Assembly: GCA_965205025.1 (NCBI GenBank)
Contig: CBDBFU010000012.1
Coordinates: 192,001-256,000 of the forward strand
Source of the DNA: Candidatus Poribacteria bacterium
GTDB lineage: Bacteria > Poribacteria > WGA-4E > WGA-3G
Direction of reading: 5' to 3'
DNA: 64,000 bases
Below the pieces are notes generated by a model. The model was not told where the DNA came from and made no database searches. It saw only the letters and a list, made by a program, of their open reading frames with translations. Of this stretch, positions 18,832 through 28,657 are shown in pieces. Both the position numbers and the translations under genes were made by a program. Within the stretch, counting starts at the first letter, position 1; each line of letters opens with the position of its first letter.

Positions 18832-21273
18832 TTGGAGAGAACCATGAGAAAGTGCCTAATTCAAAATGTCATTATCCTTATATTATTAACTGGACTGTGG
18901 ATACCTACAACCGTTTTGTCACAGGAAACCCATTTACGATGGAATAATGGAGATTCTCTTCCAGGTAAGTTGATTCAAGGTGAACACGATCTCATTCGAT
19001 GGTCATCACCGTTCTTCTCAGATGAACTGGTTATTGATGTTGACGCAATAAATTCAATTGTATTCCCGCAAATACCTGTTGATGCTACAGAAACTTTCCG
19101 TATAGGAACCGTAACGGGTGATTCATTTATCGCAGATATTATTGATTCTGATGATAGTACTTTGCTTTGTAAAAGTCAACGTTTCGGAGAATTCCGTTTG
19201 AAACGTTCTGCTATTTATTCATGGGAGAATCGTGAGCATTCAAGGTTAATATTTGATGGTACCCATTTATCTTCTTGGAGTGTAAATAACAAAAATCGAA
19301 ATATTAACAAACAAGATAGACCTAATCAGCTTCAACATGAAGATTGGAATACGGATCGAGCAGGACATCCACACACAAACAAGCAAAAATCAAATATCTT
19401 TTATCCTATTGAATGGCCCCAAGGTTTTGAAATCGATTTTGAAATCTCATCCTCACTCCGTCCCCCAGGGTTCGTTTTCTCACTTGGTAAGAATCTATAT
19501 GAAGCATTACGGATTGAAACATGGGTTAATGAATTGGTCGTTGTTCAAGGAACACTTTTTGAATCGGTGATGAAAATTGAACCTGATCGGAGAAGTTTCC
19601 GTTTAAGGCTTGCTTATGACCAACCAAGTCAACTCCTCAAGCTTTTCGATCAGAATGGGAACTTACTCCTTGAATTAAATGAAGTCGTGCAAACAGTCGA
19701 ATCTGCTGGGGTCTATGTATATAACCGAGGAAATGATCTCACGATACAACGGTTGCGCGTCTATAGCCAATCTGAGTTTGCATTGAATCGACAGGTAGAT
19801 TTTACAAAACCGCGTGTTCATATGATGAATGGAGAGATACATTATGGACAGTTGTATGTTGATAATGGAATTACTTATGTCAGAAAATCTGATGGTCTGA
19901 CAAAAGACATAAATCTACAGGATGTTGATCGCGTTGTCATACCCGGGATGAAAAAGACTGAAATTGATCAACACGCTGCATTGACATATGTTGACGGTAC
20001 TATTATCTCAGGAAAGATTGAGAGGTTAAATTCAGATTCAGTTATTCTGAACACTGCATTTACTACAGAACCAGTATCCTGTTCTTATGAAGGCGTAGAA
20101 AGACTCCGTTTTCATTCGAATACGAATACAAAACAAGATACTGGAGATTTTGATAAAATGTTTTTTCAAACAGGTAGTCTAAAAGGACACGTCATTTTTG
20201 ATAACAATGATCCATCTCTAATTAGATGGAAACCTGTAGGTGGAATGGCACCATTAAGACTAACAAATTTACGATCTCTACGCATACAACGGAATAACAA
20301 AAGCGTTTCAAGATTACAATCTTTTGATATTAAGAAATTTCCACATCTATTACATCTCCAAAACGGCGAAGTTATACCATGTAGAATAGATTCTTATGAT
20401 AAAACTAATATCGGGTTTGAATCTCCTCTTCTAAAAACAACCACTATAAATACCTCCTTTGTCAAAGGGCTTGAGTTTACACGCGGAAAAACACACGGTA
20501 GAAAAGAAAACCGAAACCCAATTACAATTACTGGTGGCGATAAGCATCGAATTATACTTGAAGATGGAAGAATTATTGAGGCAGATATACTAAGAGAAAA
20601 AGAGGGAGAAGTCAATATAGTAATTAATGAAAATAAAGTAATGGCAGGTAATGTAAAATTCGTTATAGCAGGAAAAGGGATTGAAAACGATGCAGAGATT
20701 CTAAAACGTGGGGTTGAGTTGTTCTTTGATCCACTTGAGACAAAACCTGATAAATTGGACAAGAAATTAGAACGAGCTTTAATTGTACCCAGATTTAGTC
20801 GGGATAATCCACCAAAACATCTACTCATAGCAAATAATGGTGATATAAAACGAGGAACTTTATTAGCTTTCAACGGAAAGACTATCCAGTTTGAATCTAA
20901 ATTAAATATTTCCACAATTCCAATAAACAGAATTGCACGTATTGTAGATATTAGTGATGAGAAGACTGAAAAGGTAAAAAAACAGAATCAACAAGAAATT
21001 GTCAAACAAGAATCCCCTTTAATCACTAAAGAGAATAAGCCTTTATCAGAAATTCGGTTCGCTTTGATTCATAACCCAATTGTTATTTTTGAACCTAATA
21101 AGGTTAAAGGGGAAAGACTGTTAGGTACATCCGCTATTTATGGAGATATATCTATTCCACTTCAAAACATACAATATATCCATTTTGGAGAAAAAGCAAA
21201 ATCATTCAAATCCGTTTTTGCTGATTGGGTTGTCCGTCCAGCAAAAGAACCAGGATTAAGTGCTGATCGATAA
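18832..21273 (+). CDS. Exported hypothetical protein with repeated 'L.NGD...G' beta modules (probable start ATG 18844)
   Basis: Signal peptide; repeats LRWNNGDSLPG, HMMNGEIHYG, HLQNGEVIPC, IANNGDIKRG. Confidence 0.65.
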   Translation: MERTMRKCLIQNVIILILLTGLWIPTTVLSQETHLRWNNGDSLPGKLIQGEHDLIRWSSPFFSDELVIDVDAINSIVFPQIPVDATETFRIGTVTGDSFIADIIDSDDSTLLCKSQRFGEFRLKRSAIYSWENREHSRLIFDGTHLSSWSVNNKNRNINKQDRPNQLQHEDWNTDRAGHPHTNKQKSNIFYPIEWPQGFEIDFEISSSLRPPGFVFSLGKNLYEALRIETWVNELVVVQGTLFESVMKIEPDRRSFRLRLAYDQPSQLLKLFDQNGNLLLELNEVVQTVESAGVYVYNRGNDLTIQRLRVYSQSEFALNRQVDFTKPRVHMMNGEIHYGQLYVDNGITYVRKSDGLTKDINLQDVDRVVIPGMKKTEIDQHAALTYVDGTIISGKIERLNSDSVILNTAFTTEPVSCSYEGVERLRFHSNTNTKQDTGDFDKMFFQTGSLKGHVIFDNNDPSLIRWKPVGGMAPLRLTNLRSLRIQRNNKSVSRLQSFDIKKFPHLLHLQNGEVIPCRIDSYDKTNIGFESPLLKTTTINTSFVKGLEFTRGKTHGRKENRNPITITGGDKHRIILEDGRIIEADILREKEGEVNIVINENKVMAGNVKFVIAGKGIENDAEILKRGVELFFDPLETKPDKLDKKLERALIVPRFSRDNPPKHLLIANNGDIKRGTLLAFNGKTIQFESKLNISTIPINRIARIVDISDEKTEKVKKQNQQEIVKQESPLITKENKPLSEIRFALIHNPIVIFEPNKVKGERLLGTSAIYGDISIPLQNIQYIHFGEKAKSFKSVFADWVVRPAKEPGLSADR

Positions 21274-21423
21274 TCTTCGTTAATCGTTTTCCTTACCAAA
21301 CTATATGTCTCTTGTACGAAGATTTCTGATCCAAATTTGCTTTTGGGTAGTAGAAAATTCCAGTCCATAATTTTATTCTTTCTAACGTCACCATTCATCA
21401 TCTGAAATTACTATACCCATTTC

Positions 21424-21669
21424 TTATACCATTTCTGGTAATTAAAGTCTCATTAATAGAATCTCTTTAATGTAGCACAAACTTCATGAGGATTAAGTTT
21501 TAAATTCGGTAATTCCCATTTTTCCAAACTTGGTAGGTTCGGTTTCCTAACCGAACCGAATTTCTAACACATTACCGAATTATTATTTTAATCTTCATCC
21601 AGTTTGTGTAGTATTTCAAGACATAAATATCACCTAAACATGGGAGAATCATTTATAGAAATGGTATAA
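21424..21669. mobile_element. Family A MITE-like element (13-bp TIR) containing a nested family B element
   Basis: Perfect TIR ttataccatttct / agaaatggtataa. The central GTAG-CACAAACT..AGTTTGTG hairpin is split by B. Confidence 0.8.
21486..21598. mobile_element. Family B element (28-bp imperfect TIR) with central GTAG-REP hairpin
   Basis: Left end atgaggattaagttttaaattcggtaat, right end attaccgaattattattttaatcttcat. Core gtaggttcggtttcctaaccgaacc at 21533-21557. Confidence 0.8.
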
Positions 21670-21926
21670 TTTCCACTTGAATACTTTTTGAAATATAAGA
21701 TTTTCCTTAATCAAATGCTTAACATTTGATAAAATAAAGGATAATCACATCCTCATCATACTTCCATTTAACATAAGCAGAACTATCACAATCCTATTTT
21801 TCTATTGAGATTGGGATACAAAAGGTAAACATCGAAATAACGAATTTACTTCAATAGATACCCAATTTACTCGTTATCTTGTGTAAATACAAATAAAAAT
21901 AACACCAACGAAAAGGAACACCAGAT

Positions 21927-23387
21927 ATGGATAAAAGACCCAATATATTGTGGTATTGTACAGACCAACAACGATTCGATACAATTGGTGCGTTAGGAAA
22001 TAAACATATTCGCACCCCCAGACTAAATGAACTTGTCCGTAAATCAGTCACATTTACGCATGCATATTGTCAATCTCCTATCTGTACACCTTCACGCGCA
22101 AGTTTCATGACGGGGATGTATCCTTCAACGCTGAGTGTTACAGGAAATGGTAACCCCGTTTTTCCGCAATACTATGAAGATCGTCTGATTTCTCATGTAC
22201 TCGCACAAGAGGGATACGATTGTGGATTAATAGGAAAACTACATCTCGCAAGTGCTTATGAGGCGCAGGAAAACCGAGTTAACGATGGATACCGGTATTT
22301 TCAATATAGCCACGACCATGGAAAACCGAAAGCGTTTGGACACGAATATGCTGAGTGGGTACGAGAACAAGGAGAAGACTTGGCAGACATATTATCAAAC
22401 AGAGTGGTCAACCAAAATCCTAAGAAGAAGACTGGACAGTTTCCTGAACCTACACCTGATTCTGATAACATACCACCACATCTACATCAGACTTATTGGT
22501 GTACAGAAAAAGCAATTGAATTCATAAAGAAGAATAGAAGAAAAGATCAACCGTGGATGCTAAATATCAATCCATTTGATCCACATCCAGGATTTGACGC
22601 TCCATGGGAATATTACCGACGGTATGATCCAGAAACTTTACCCGGTCCATACTTTGAAGACACCGATATACCATTTCAGAATAAATTAACCGAAGCAGGT
22701 ATTGATTTTCAATCTAAAGCAACACACCCATCTGAGTTTGATGGGAAACAGGTACAGGCTTCTTATTACGCTATGATTGAACAAGTTGACCATGAGTTTG
22801 GACGAATCCTCGATTTTCTCGATGCAGAAAACCTTCGTGATAACACTATAATTATATTTACTTCTGATCATGGAGAATCTCTCGGTGACCACGGACTACT
22901 CTACAAAGGCTGTCGTTTTTACGAAGGATTAGTAAGAGTTCCACTTATTATTTCAATGCCAACCCGTTTTCTCGCGGGTATATATAGTCATGACCTTGTT
23001 GAACTTATTGACATTGTCCCTACCCTGTATGAACTGTTGGAAATTGATATTCCCTATTATGTTCAGGGTAAACCCCTAAATCAGATAATGCGTGGTACTG
23101 TTTTTCACAATGAACACCGTGAAGCAGTCCGTTCAGAATTCTTCGGTGCATTAGCTACAGCCGATCAAACACATGCCACAATGTATAGAGATCAACGATG
23201 GAAGCTCGTTGTATACCATCAGAAAGGAATATGCGAACTCTATGATCTTCGGCACGATCCATGGGAACATCATGATCTCTCGGAAGATAATGATTATCAG
23301 GACATCAAGTGGGAACTGATGCAGAAAAGTTTCGATGCAACTGTTTATGCACACCCACAAATGATACCACGTGTCGCGTCCCATTAA
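21927..23387 (+). CDS. Sulfatase (formylglycine-dependent, Cys type)
   Basis: RPNILWYCTDQQR, CTPSRAS motif, GKLH, DPHP, TSDHG, ELYDL..DPWE. Confidence 0.93.
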   Translation: MDKRPNILWYCTDQQRFDTIGALGNKHIRTPRLNELVRKSVTFTHAYCQSPICTPSRASFMTGMYPSTLSVTGNGNPVFPQYYEDRLISHVLAQEGYDCGLIGKLHLASAYEAQENRVNDGYRYFQYSHDHGKPKAFGHEYAEWVREQGEDLADILSNRVVNQNPKKKTGQFPEPTPDSDNIPPHLHQTYWCTEKAIEFIKKNRRKDQPWMLNINPFDPHPGFDAPWEYYRRYDPETLPGPYFEDTDIPFQNKLTEAGIDFQSKATHPSEFDGKQVQASYYAMIEQVDHEFGRILDFLDAENLRDNTIIIFTSDHGESLGDHGLLYKGCRFYEGLVRVPLIISMPTRFLAGIYSHDLVELIDIVPTLYELLEIDIPYYVQGKPLNQIMRGTVFHNEHREAVRSEFFGALATADQTHATMYRDQRWKLVVYHQKGICELYDLRHDPWEHHDLSEDNDYQDIKWELMQKSFDATVYAHPQMIPRVASH

Positions 23388-23464
23388 CACACTAATACCA
23401 ATTTTGTATAACCTTACCACCCTACAAATTGGTAATTGATACTTCATTCGCAAGGTGTGAATAG

Positions 23465-25378
23465 ATGACTGTAAGAGCCATACTCATCGGTTTAGCACTT
23501 GTCATCTTACAAACGGCAATCACACCATATAATGACTACTACCTTCAAGGGACAGATATCTCAGGAAATCATTTCCCTTTAGGTGCGGTATTCACCCTCA
23601 TATTCCTTACCTTATTTATCAATCCCATCCTAAAGAAAGTTCTACCCCGAGCAATGTTAAATCCCAGAGAATTAATTGTAATTTGGGTGATGATGGTAGT
23701 TAGTTCAGCAATTCCTTCTAAAGGAATGATAGGTTTCTTGCTCCCCTATTTAGCCGCACCAGTCTATTTTGCAACCCCAGAAAATGAGTGGGCAGAGACG
23801 CTTCATTCTCACTTCCCTGAATGGTTAATAGTATGGGATAAACAAGCTGTTACGAATTTCTATGAGGGCGAATCCTCTGTGCCGTGGATACCTTGGATGA
23901 AGCCAATCCTTGTCTGGTCTGCTTTCATACTCTTATTCTATTGTGTCACAATCTGCGTTTCGATTGTCATACGAAAACAGTGGGTAGAACGCGAAAGGTA
24001 TGTATTCCCACTCGTATCTATCCCTGTAGAGATGGTTCAACAAACATCTGGAAATATAAAGCTAAATGGTTTCTTTAGGAAACGTCTTATCTGGATAGGT
24101 TTCGGTATCGCAGCAGCATTCCATCTACTTAATGGATTGCACGAATACTTCCCTGCTATACCGTCTATTCCAAATAGATACGATTTATATACACCATTCA
24201 CTGAACGTCCCTGGATTGTGATGAGATGGTGGCCGCAATTCAGGTTCTTTTTATATTTCTCGGTAATAGGAATAACCTACTTTCTGGCAACAGAAATCTC
24301 CTTTAGTTGTTGGTTCTTCTTTCTCTTCTTTAAGTTACAATATATCATCATAAACGCATTTGCAATTCCCATCAGTCCTTGGATCAGTGCCAGAGGACAA
24401 ACCATGGCTGCCTATGTAATAATGGTTATCGCCTTTCTCATAAACAGTCGCGCACATATCAAAGATATAATACTGAAGTCTTTCCAACCTTCAAATTCTA
24501 CTTCAATGATTGATGATTCTGATGAAGTGCTCTCCTATAGAAGTGCATTCTTTGGTGGAATCATCAGTTTTCTACTACTAACTGCTTTATGTGTTTATGC
24601 TGGCATGTCGTTTTGGGTTGCCTGTAGTATCATCATACTCTTTTTAATTGCATCCACAGCACTGTCTTGGATGGTAGTAAACGGTGGAATGCTACTAATA
24701 CAGGCACCAATGTATCCTGTAGAATATTTTGAGATAATTACTGGTTCAAGAATCATAAATGCCAGTAGTTTAGCACTATTGGGTTTTCAAAGAGTTATGA
24801 TGCGGGATTGGGGAGGTATATTGATGCCGAGTGTATTGCACGGGTTCAAAGCATCTGATCCAGTAGGGCTAAAACGAAAGAGTCTGTTCTTTGTAATGGC
24901 AATATCTATGGTTGTCGCAATCGGGGTTTCCTATGTGGCATCACTCCCATTGATATACGAAAAAGGAGGGTTAAATTTACAGCACGGTCCTTTTGTTGGT
25001 GCTCCGCGATACTTTAATCATATGGTTTCTCTAATTCAATATCCAAAAGATCCAAAAATGGGAGAAGCATATAGCATGTTATTAGGGGCGGGAATTACAT
25101 CTTTTTTATTGATAATGCAACGCCAATTTATGTGGTGGCAAATACACCCAATTGGGTATGTCATGGGTGCTGTTTATTCCTCCTATTTTCTGTGGTCATG
25201 TATGTTCGTCGGTTGGCTATTGAAGTACTTAATACTCAAAACAGGAGGAATCGGATACTATAGAAGACTCCGACCCGTATTCATGGGATTAATTATTGGA
25301 GAGTTTGGGATTATTGGAGCATGGATGGTTCTGGGGATATTTACTGGTGTTAATTACCATAATGCACTACCGGGATAA
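23465..25378 (+). CDS. Polytopic membrane protein, DUF6785/DUF6784 (OPT-related putative transporter)
   Basis: Many TMs; YFATPENEW, RKQWVERERYVFPL, WWQIHPIGY, LRPVFMGLIIGE. Confidence 0.75.
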   Translation: MTVRAILIGLALVILQTAITPYNDYYLQGTDISGNHFPLGAVFTLIFLTLFINPILKKVLPRAMLNPRELIVIWVMMVVSSAIPSKGMIGFLLPYLAAPVYFATPENEWAETLHSHFPEWLIVWDKQAVTNFYEGESSVPWIPWMKPILVWSAFILLFYCVTICVSIVIRKQWVERERYVFPLVSIPVEMVQQTSGNIKLNGFFRKRLIWIGFGIAAAFHLLNGLHEYFPAIPSIPNRYDLYTPFTERPWIVMRWWPQFRFFLYFSVIGITYFLATEISFSCWFFFLFFKLQYIIINAFAIPISPWISARGQTMAAYVIMVIAFLINSRAHIKDIILKSFQPSNSTSMIDDSDEVLSYRSAFFGGIISFLLLTALCVYAGMSFWVACSIIILFLIASTALSWMVVNGGMLLIQAPMYPVEYFEIITGSRIINASSLALLGFQRVMMRDWGGILMPSVLHGFKASDPVGLKRKSLFFVMAISMVVAIGVSYVASLPLIYEKGGLNLQHGPFVGAPRYFNHMVSLIQYPKDPKMGEAYSMLLGAGITSFLLIMQRQFMWWQIHPIGYVMGAVYSSYFLWSCMFVGWLLKYLILKTGGIGYYRRLRPVFMGLIIGEFGIIGAWMVLGIFTGVNYHNALPG

Positions 25379-25523
25379 TGCTACCTGGTATTCGACTTCT
25401 ACCTTGGAATGATGTCTTTTCACGGTGTTTCTGTAGTGTGACTCAATGAATTGGTATATATGATAGAGATCATGTTATAATTCTCTAAATTACCATTACA
25501 GAATTATAATCACATATCACAAT

Positions 25524-26195
25524 TTGGATAGAAAAATGTCAGCTCAAAATGCATCCAATACTGAAAAACTTACTCTAAAATACTTGGAAGTAGAAGAGAT
25601 CACAATTACTGGTTCAGAGAATATACCTGATACAGCATTTCGTGCTGCCAAGCAGATTATATTAAAGATAACTTCTAAACATCCAGATATCCTTAACTAT
25701 CTATCAGGATATGAATGCATTCTTGTTGCACCGGAGGAGTGTGTACAGGCATCTGTAAGATGGAAAGAAGGACACTTCAAATCATCGGCAGGTTTGGCAA
25801 TTGGACCGCGAAACGATTTGGGGTTCCCCGGACGGTTAGCTGCTTCTATCGTATGGCGGAAAAAACCAAGTATGCGCGTATTTATTCACGAATTTGGACA
25901 CGCAATCGGTTTTGTCATATCACAGATTGATACGCAGTATGAGCTATTATTACAACGAGCTTATAATAAAGCAATAGAATTGGGATTATGGCAAGATGAA
26001 CCTTTTATTAAGAGAATAGGAAGACCGGGTCATGATCCTGTCGCTGAGTATTGGGCAGAAGGTGTTCGTAGGTGGTATTCATACGGTAAGGGACACAAAT
26101 TCAAATCCAGAGAGGAATTTAAAAAATATGATCCAGGACTAACCCATTTGTTAACTCGTTGGATATCCAACGAGGAGATTCCTCTAACTTACTAA
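25524..26195 (+). CDS. Zinc metallopeptidase-like protein (HEXXH; lethal-factor/Pro-Pro peptidase-like)
   Basis: FIHEFGHAI, AEYWAEG and KYDP.L motifs. Confidence 0.7.
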   Translation: MDRKMSAQNASNTEKLTLKYLEVEEITITGSENIPDTAFRAAKQIILKITSKHPDILNYLSGYECILVAPEECVQASVRWKEGHFKSSAGLAIGPRNDLGFPGRLAASIVWRKKPSMRVFIHEFGHAIGFVISQIDTQYELLLQRAYNKAIELGLWQDEPFIKRIGRPGHDPVAEYWAEGVRRWYSYGKGHKFKSREEFKKYDPGLTHLLTRWISNEEIPLTY

Positions 26196-26410
26196 TATAG
26201 AATTTGTCAATTCGATGTTTACAGGTGGGTGTGTAAAGTAATTGTCACTTTACTTAACACCAATGATATCTCAATTTCAATTCATCCAGTCTGAATTTCG
26301 AGAATTACAGATTATTCTTCACTACTATAATTTTCGACAATTCTATTTCAAGGGGTAACTGAGAATCTAATGATAAGTCTATTTTTTGGAGTTTCTATAT
26401 CAAAAATACC

Positions 26411-26483
26411 GTACTCCAGCGGAGTACTATGTCTATAGAAAACAATATCGGAACAGTCTGACACTCCAGCGGAGTGCTATGTC
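26411..26483. repeat. Direct doublet of REP-like hairpins
   Basis: gtactcc-agc-ggagtac-tatgtc at 26411 and cactcc-agc-ggagtg-ctatgtc at 26462. Confidence 0.75.
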
Positions 26484-26879
26484 CCAATACACTTCGTATG
26501 AAAAACATATAAGTACTTAATTCATACTTAAGTTATAGTGTAATTAACGTATGTGATTCACGGAGAATTGGTCTACTTAAATTATAAACCCTTATAGAAT
26601 AAGGGCTCGTAAAATTGCTCCGTGAAGGTTTCCGTGAAAGTGCTATCATTTCAAAATGATAGATATTAACACTTTTTCCATTCACATTATCCATACATCT
26701 AACATAATTAGGTATTTATCTCACTTTGAAAGTATAAGTAGCATTTGTGGTATCCAGATACAATAGCAGCGTAATGTTTAATGACAGAAACTTTACACAC
26801 CCGATTGCCTTTCGTAGATTGATAAATATATATAGATGTGATATACTTTTTCCATAATTTATACAAGGAATTAATGTAA

Positions 26880-27797
26880 ATGAATACGGATAATGGCAAA
26901 GATGTTCAACAAAAGGACTTACCTGACGGAGCAAAATATCGACTTGGGAAGAGTAGTATTACAGGTAATGTAGTTTTTTCACCAGATGGTACACAACTAT
27001 CTGTTTGTGGTGATATAGGCACTTGGATATATGATGCACAGAGTGGAGACGAGGTAAGCCTTCTCGCGGGACATAGAGAGTATGCATGGAGTGTAGCATA
27101 TTCACCTGATAGTGGTACAGTAGCGACAGGAACCTATGAAGAGTTATGGTTATGGGATAGTTCTACAGGACTCCCAAAAACCACATTGAAAGAACATACT
27201 GACCATGTACGATCACTTGCTTATTCCCCTGATGGAACTACTATCGCGAGTGGTGGGGCTGATAATCTAATCATTCTATGGGATACTGAAACAGAGTCGG
27301 TAAAATCAACTTTAAAAGGACACACAGGATCAGTAAGGAGTATTGCTTATTCCCCTGATGGTAGTATCATTGCAAGCGCGAGTTCCGATGAATCTGTTAT
27401 TTTATGGCAAGCGGCATCGGGGAAATCTAAAGTGACACTCAAAGGACATACACACGTGGTAAATTCTGTGGCATATTCTCCTGATGGAGAAACGATTGTT
27501 ACAGGAAGTTCCGATGGTACTGTGCGTTTGTGGGATGCTTTCACAGGACAACGTAAGAGTACATTAGCAGATTATAAGTTTTATATATGGAGTGTTACAT
27601 ATTCCCCCGATGGTAACACAATTGCTGTCGGTGGTAGAGATGGTGCTGTCCGTTTCGTTGATCCTTCTTCAGGTGAATCAAATTCTGAACTAAAAGGACA
27701 CATTGGTTCAGTGAGAAGTATCGCTTTTTCTCCTGATGGTAGCTTATTGGCAAGTGGTAGTGAAGACCATTCTGTACTTTTGTGGGATCTAAGTTAG
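26880..27797 (+). CDS. WD40 repeat protein
   Basis: About 7 repeats of LKGHT..V.S.AYSPDG..IASGS.D....LWD; LPDGAKYRLGK N-terminal motif. Confidence 0.95.
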   Translation: MNTDNGKDVQQKDLPDGAKYRLGKSSITGNVVFSPDGTQLSVCGDIGTWIYDAQSGDEVSLLAGHREYAWSVAYSPDSGTVATGTYEELWLWDSSTGLPKTTLKEHTDHVRSLAYSPDGTTIASGGADNLIILWDTETESVKSTLKGHTGSVRSIAYSPDGSIIASASSDESVILWQAASGKSKVTLKGHTHVVNSVAYSPDGETIVTGSSDGTVRLWDAFTGQRKSTLADYKFYIWSVTYSPDGNTIAVGGRDGAVRFVDPSSGESNSELKGHIGSVRSIAFSPDGSLLASGSEDHSVLLWDLS

Positions 27798-27827
27798 TAG
27801 AATCTTGTGGAATTGTAATTGTTTTGA

Positions 27828-28532
27828 TTGATGATGGGAGATGACATAATGCAAAAGACAATACAGGCAGTGCCGTCAATTTTCTATCCTGAATCAGATG
27901 GGAAACCTATGGCAGAAACTGAAGTTCATCGGGACTTGATGATTGATTTTATACAGATGCTTAAACATCATTACAGAGATCGTGAGGATGTCTGTATTTC
28001 TGGCAATATGTTTATGTACTATGAAGAAGGTGACGCAACGAAGTCTGTAGCACCAGATGTTTTCGTTGCTTTTAGTGTCGCGAAAAAGCAACGTAGGACA
28101 TACTTGACTTGGGAGGAAGGACGTACACCTGATTTTGTGTTAGAGGTAGCAAGTCCAAGTACTTTTAAAGATGACATGAGAAAAAAGAAAGAACTCTACG
28201 CTTCTGTGCTTGAGGTGAAGGAGTATTTCATCTATGACCCACTTGGGGAAATCGTACCCAGTTTCATTGGATTTCGTTTGGATGAAGGTGTTTATGAAGA
28301 GATCGATTTTCTAAATGACCGGTTACCATCGTCTGTATTAGGTTTGGAGTTAGGAGAACGGGAAGGTATATTAAAATTATATAATCCGACTACATCCGAA
28401 TGGTTACAAACAATGCCAGAAAGAGCAGAAACCGCTGAAGTTAGAGCAGAAACCGCTGAAGTTAGAGCAGAAACCGCTGAAGCTGAATTAGAAAAAGCTT
28501 TAGAAGAAATTGAACGTCTTCGTGGAAAATAG
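27828..28532 (+). CDS. Uma2 family (PD-(D/E)XK) endonuclease-like protein (probable start ATG 27849)
   Basis: YPESDGKPMAET, VAPDVFV, PDFVLEVASPST, EYFIYDP and coiled-coil tail. Confidence 0.9.
   Translation: MMMGDDIMQKTIQAVPSIFYPESDGKPMAETEVHRDLMIDFIQMLKHHYRDREDVCISGNMFMYYEEGDATKSVAPDVFVAFSVAKKQRRTYLTWEEGRTPDFVLEVASPSTFKDDMRKKKELYASVLEVKEYFIYDPLGEIVPSFIGFRLDEGVYEEIDFLNDRLPSSVLGLELGEREGILKLYNPTTSEWLQTMPERAETAEVRAETAEVRAETAEAELEKALEEIERLRGK
28422..28482 (+). repeat. Intragenic 21-bp tandem repeat x3 (RAETAEV)
   Basis: agagcagaaaccgctgaagtt twice, then agagcagaaaccgctgaag. Confidence 0.9.
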
Positions 28533-28657
28533 CAAATAATGAAACTAACGATGTATTCGCTAAAATCAGTAATTATATATCAATTCTATGGAAACACTTG
28601 CAAGGTTTTCTGTAGCAACGATATACTGAATTATATCATAACAAGTTAATTGTTCGA

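Noticed and set aside
26411-26483. Possible mini-CRISPR (two palindromic repeats about 30 nt apart)
   Set aside because: Only two imperfect ~22-nt units, with no cas genes or leader. Better explained as a REP doublet.
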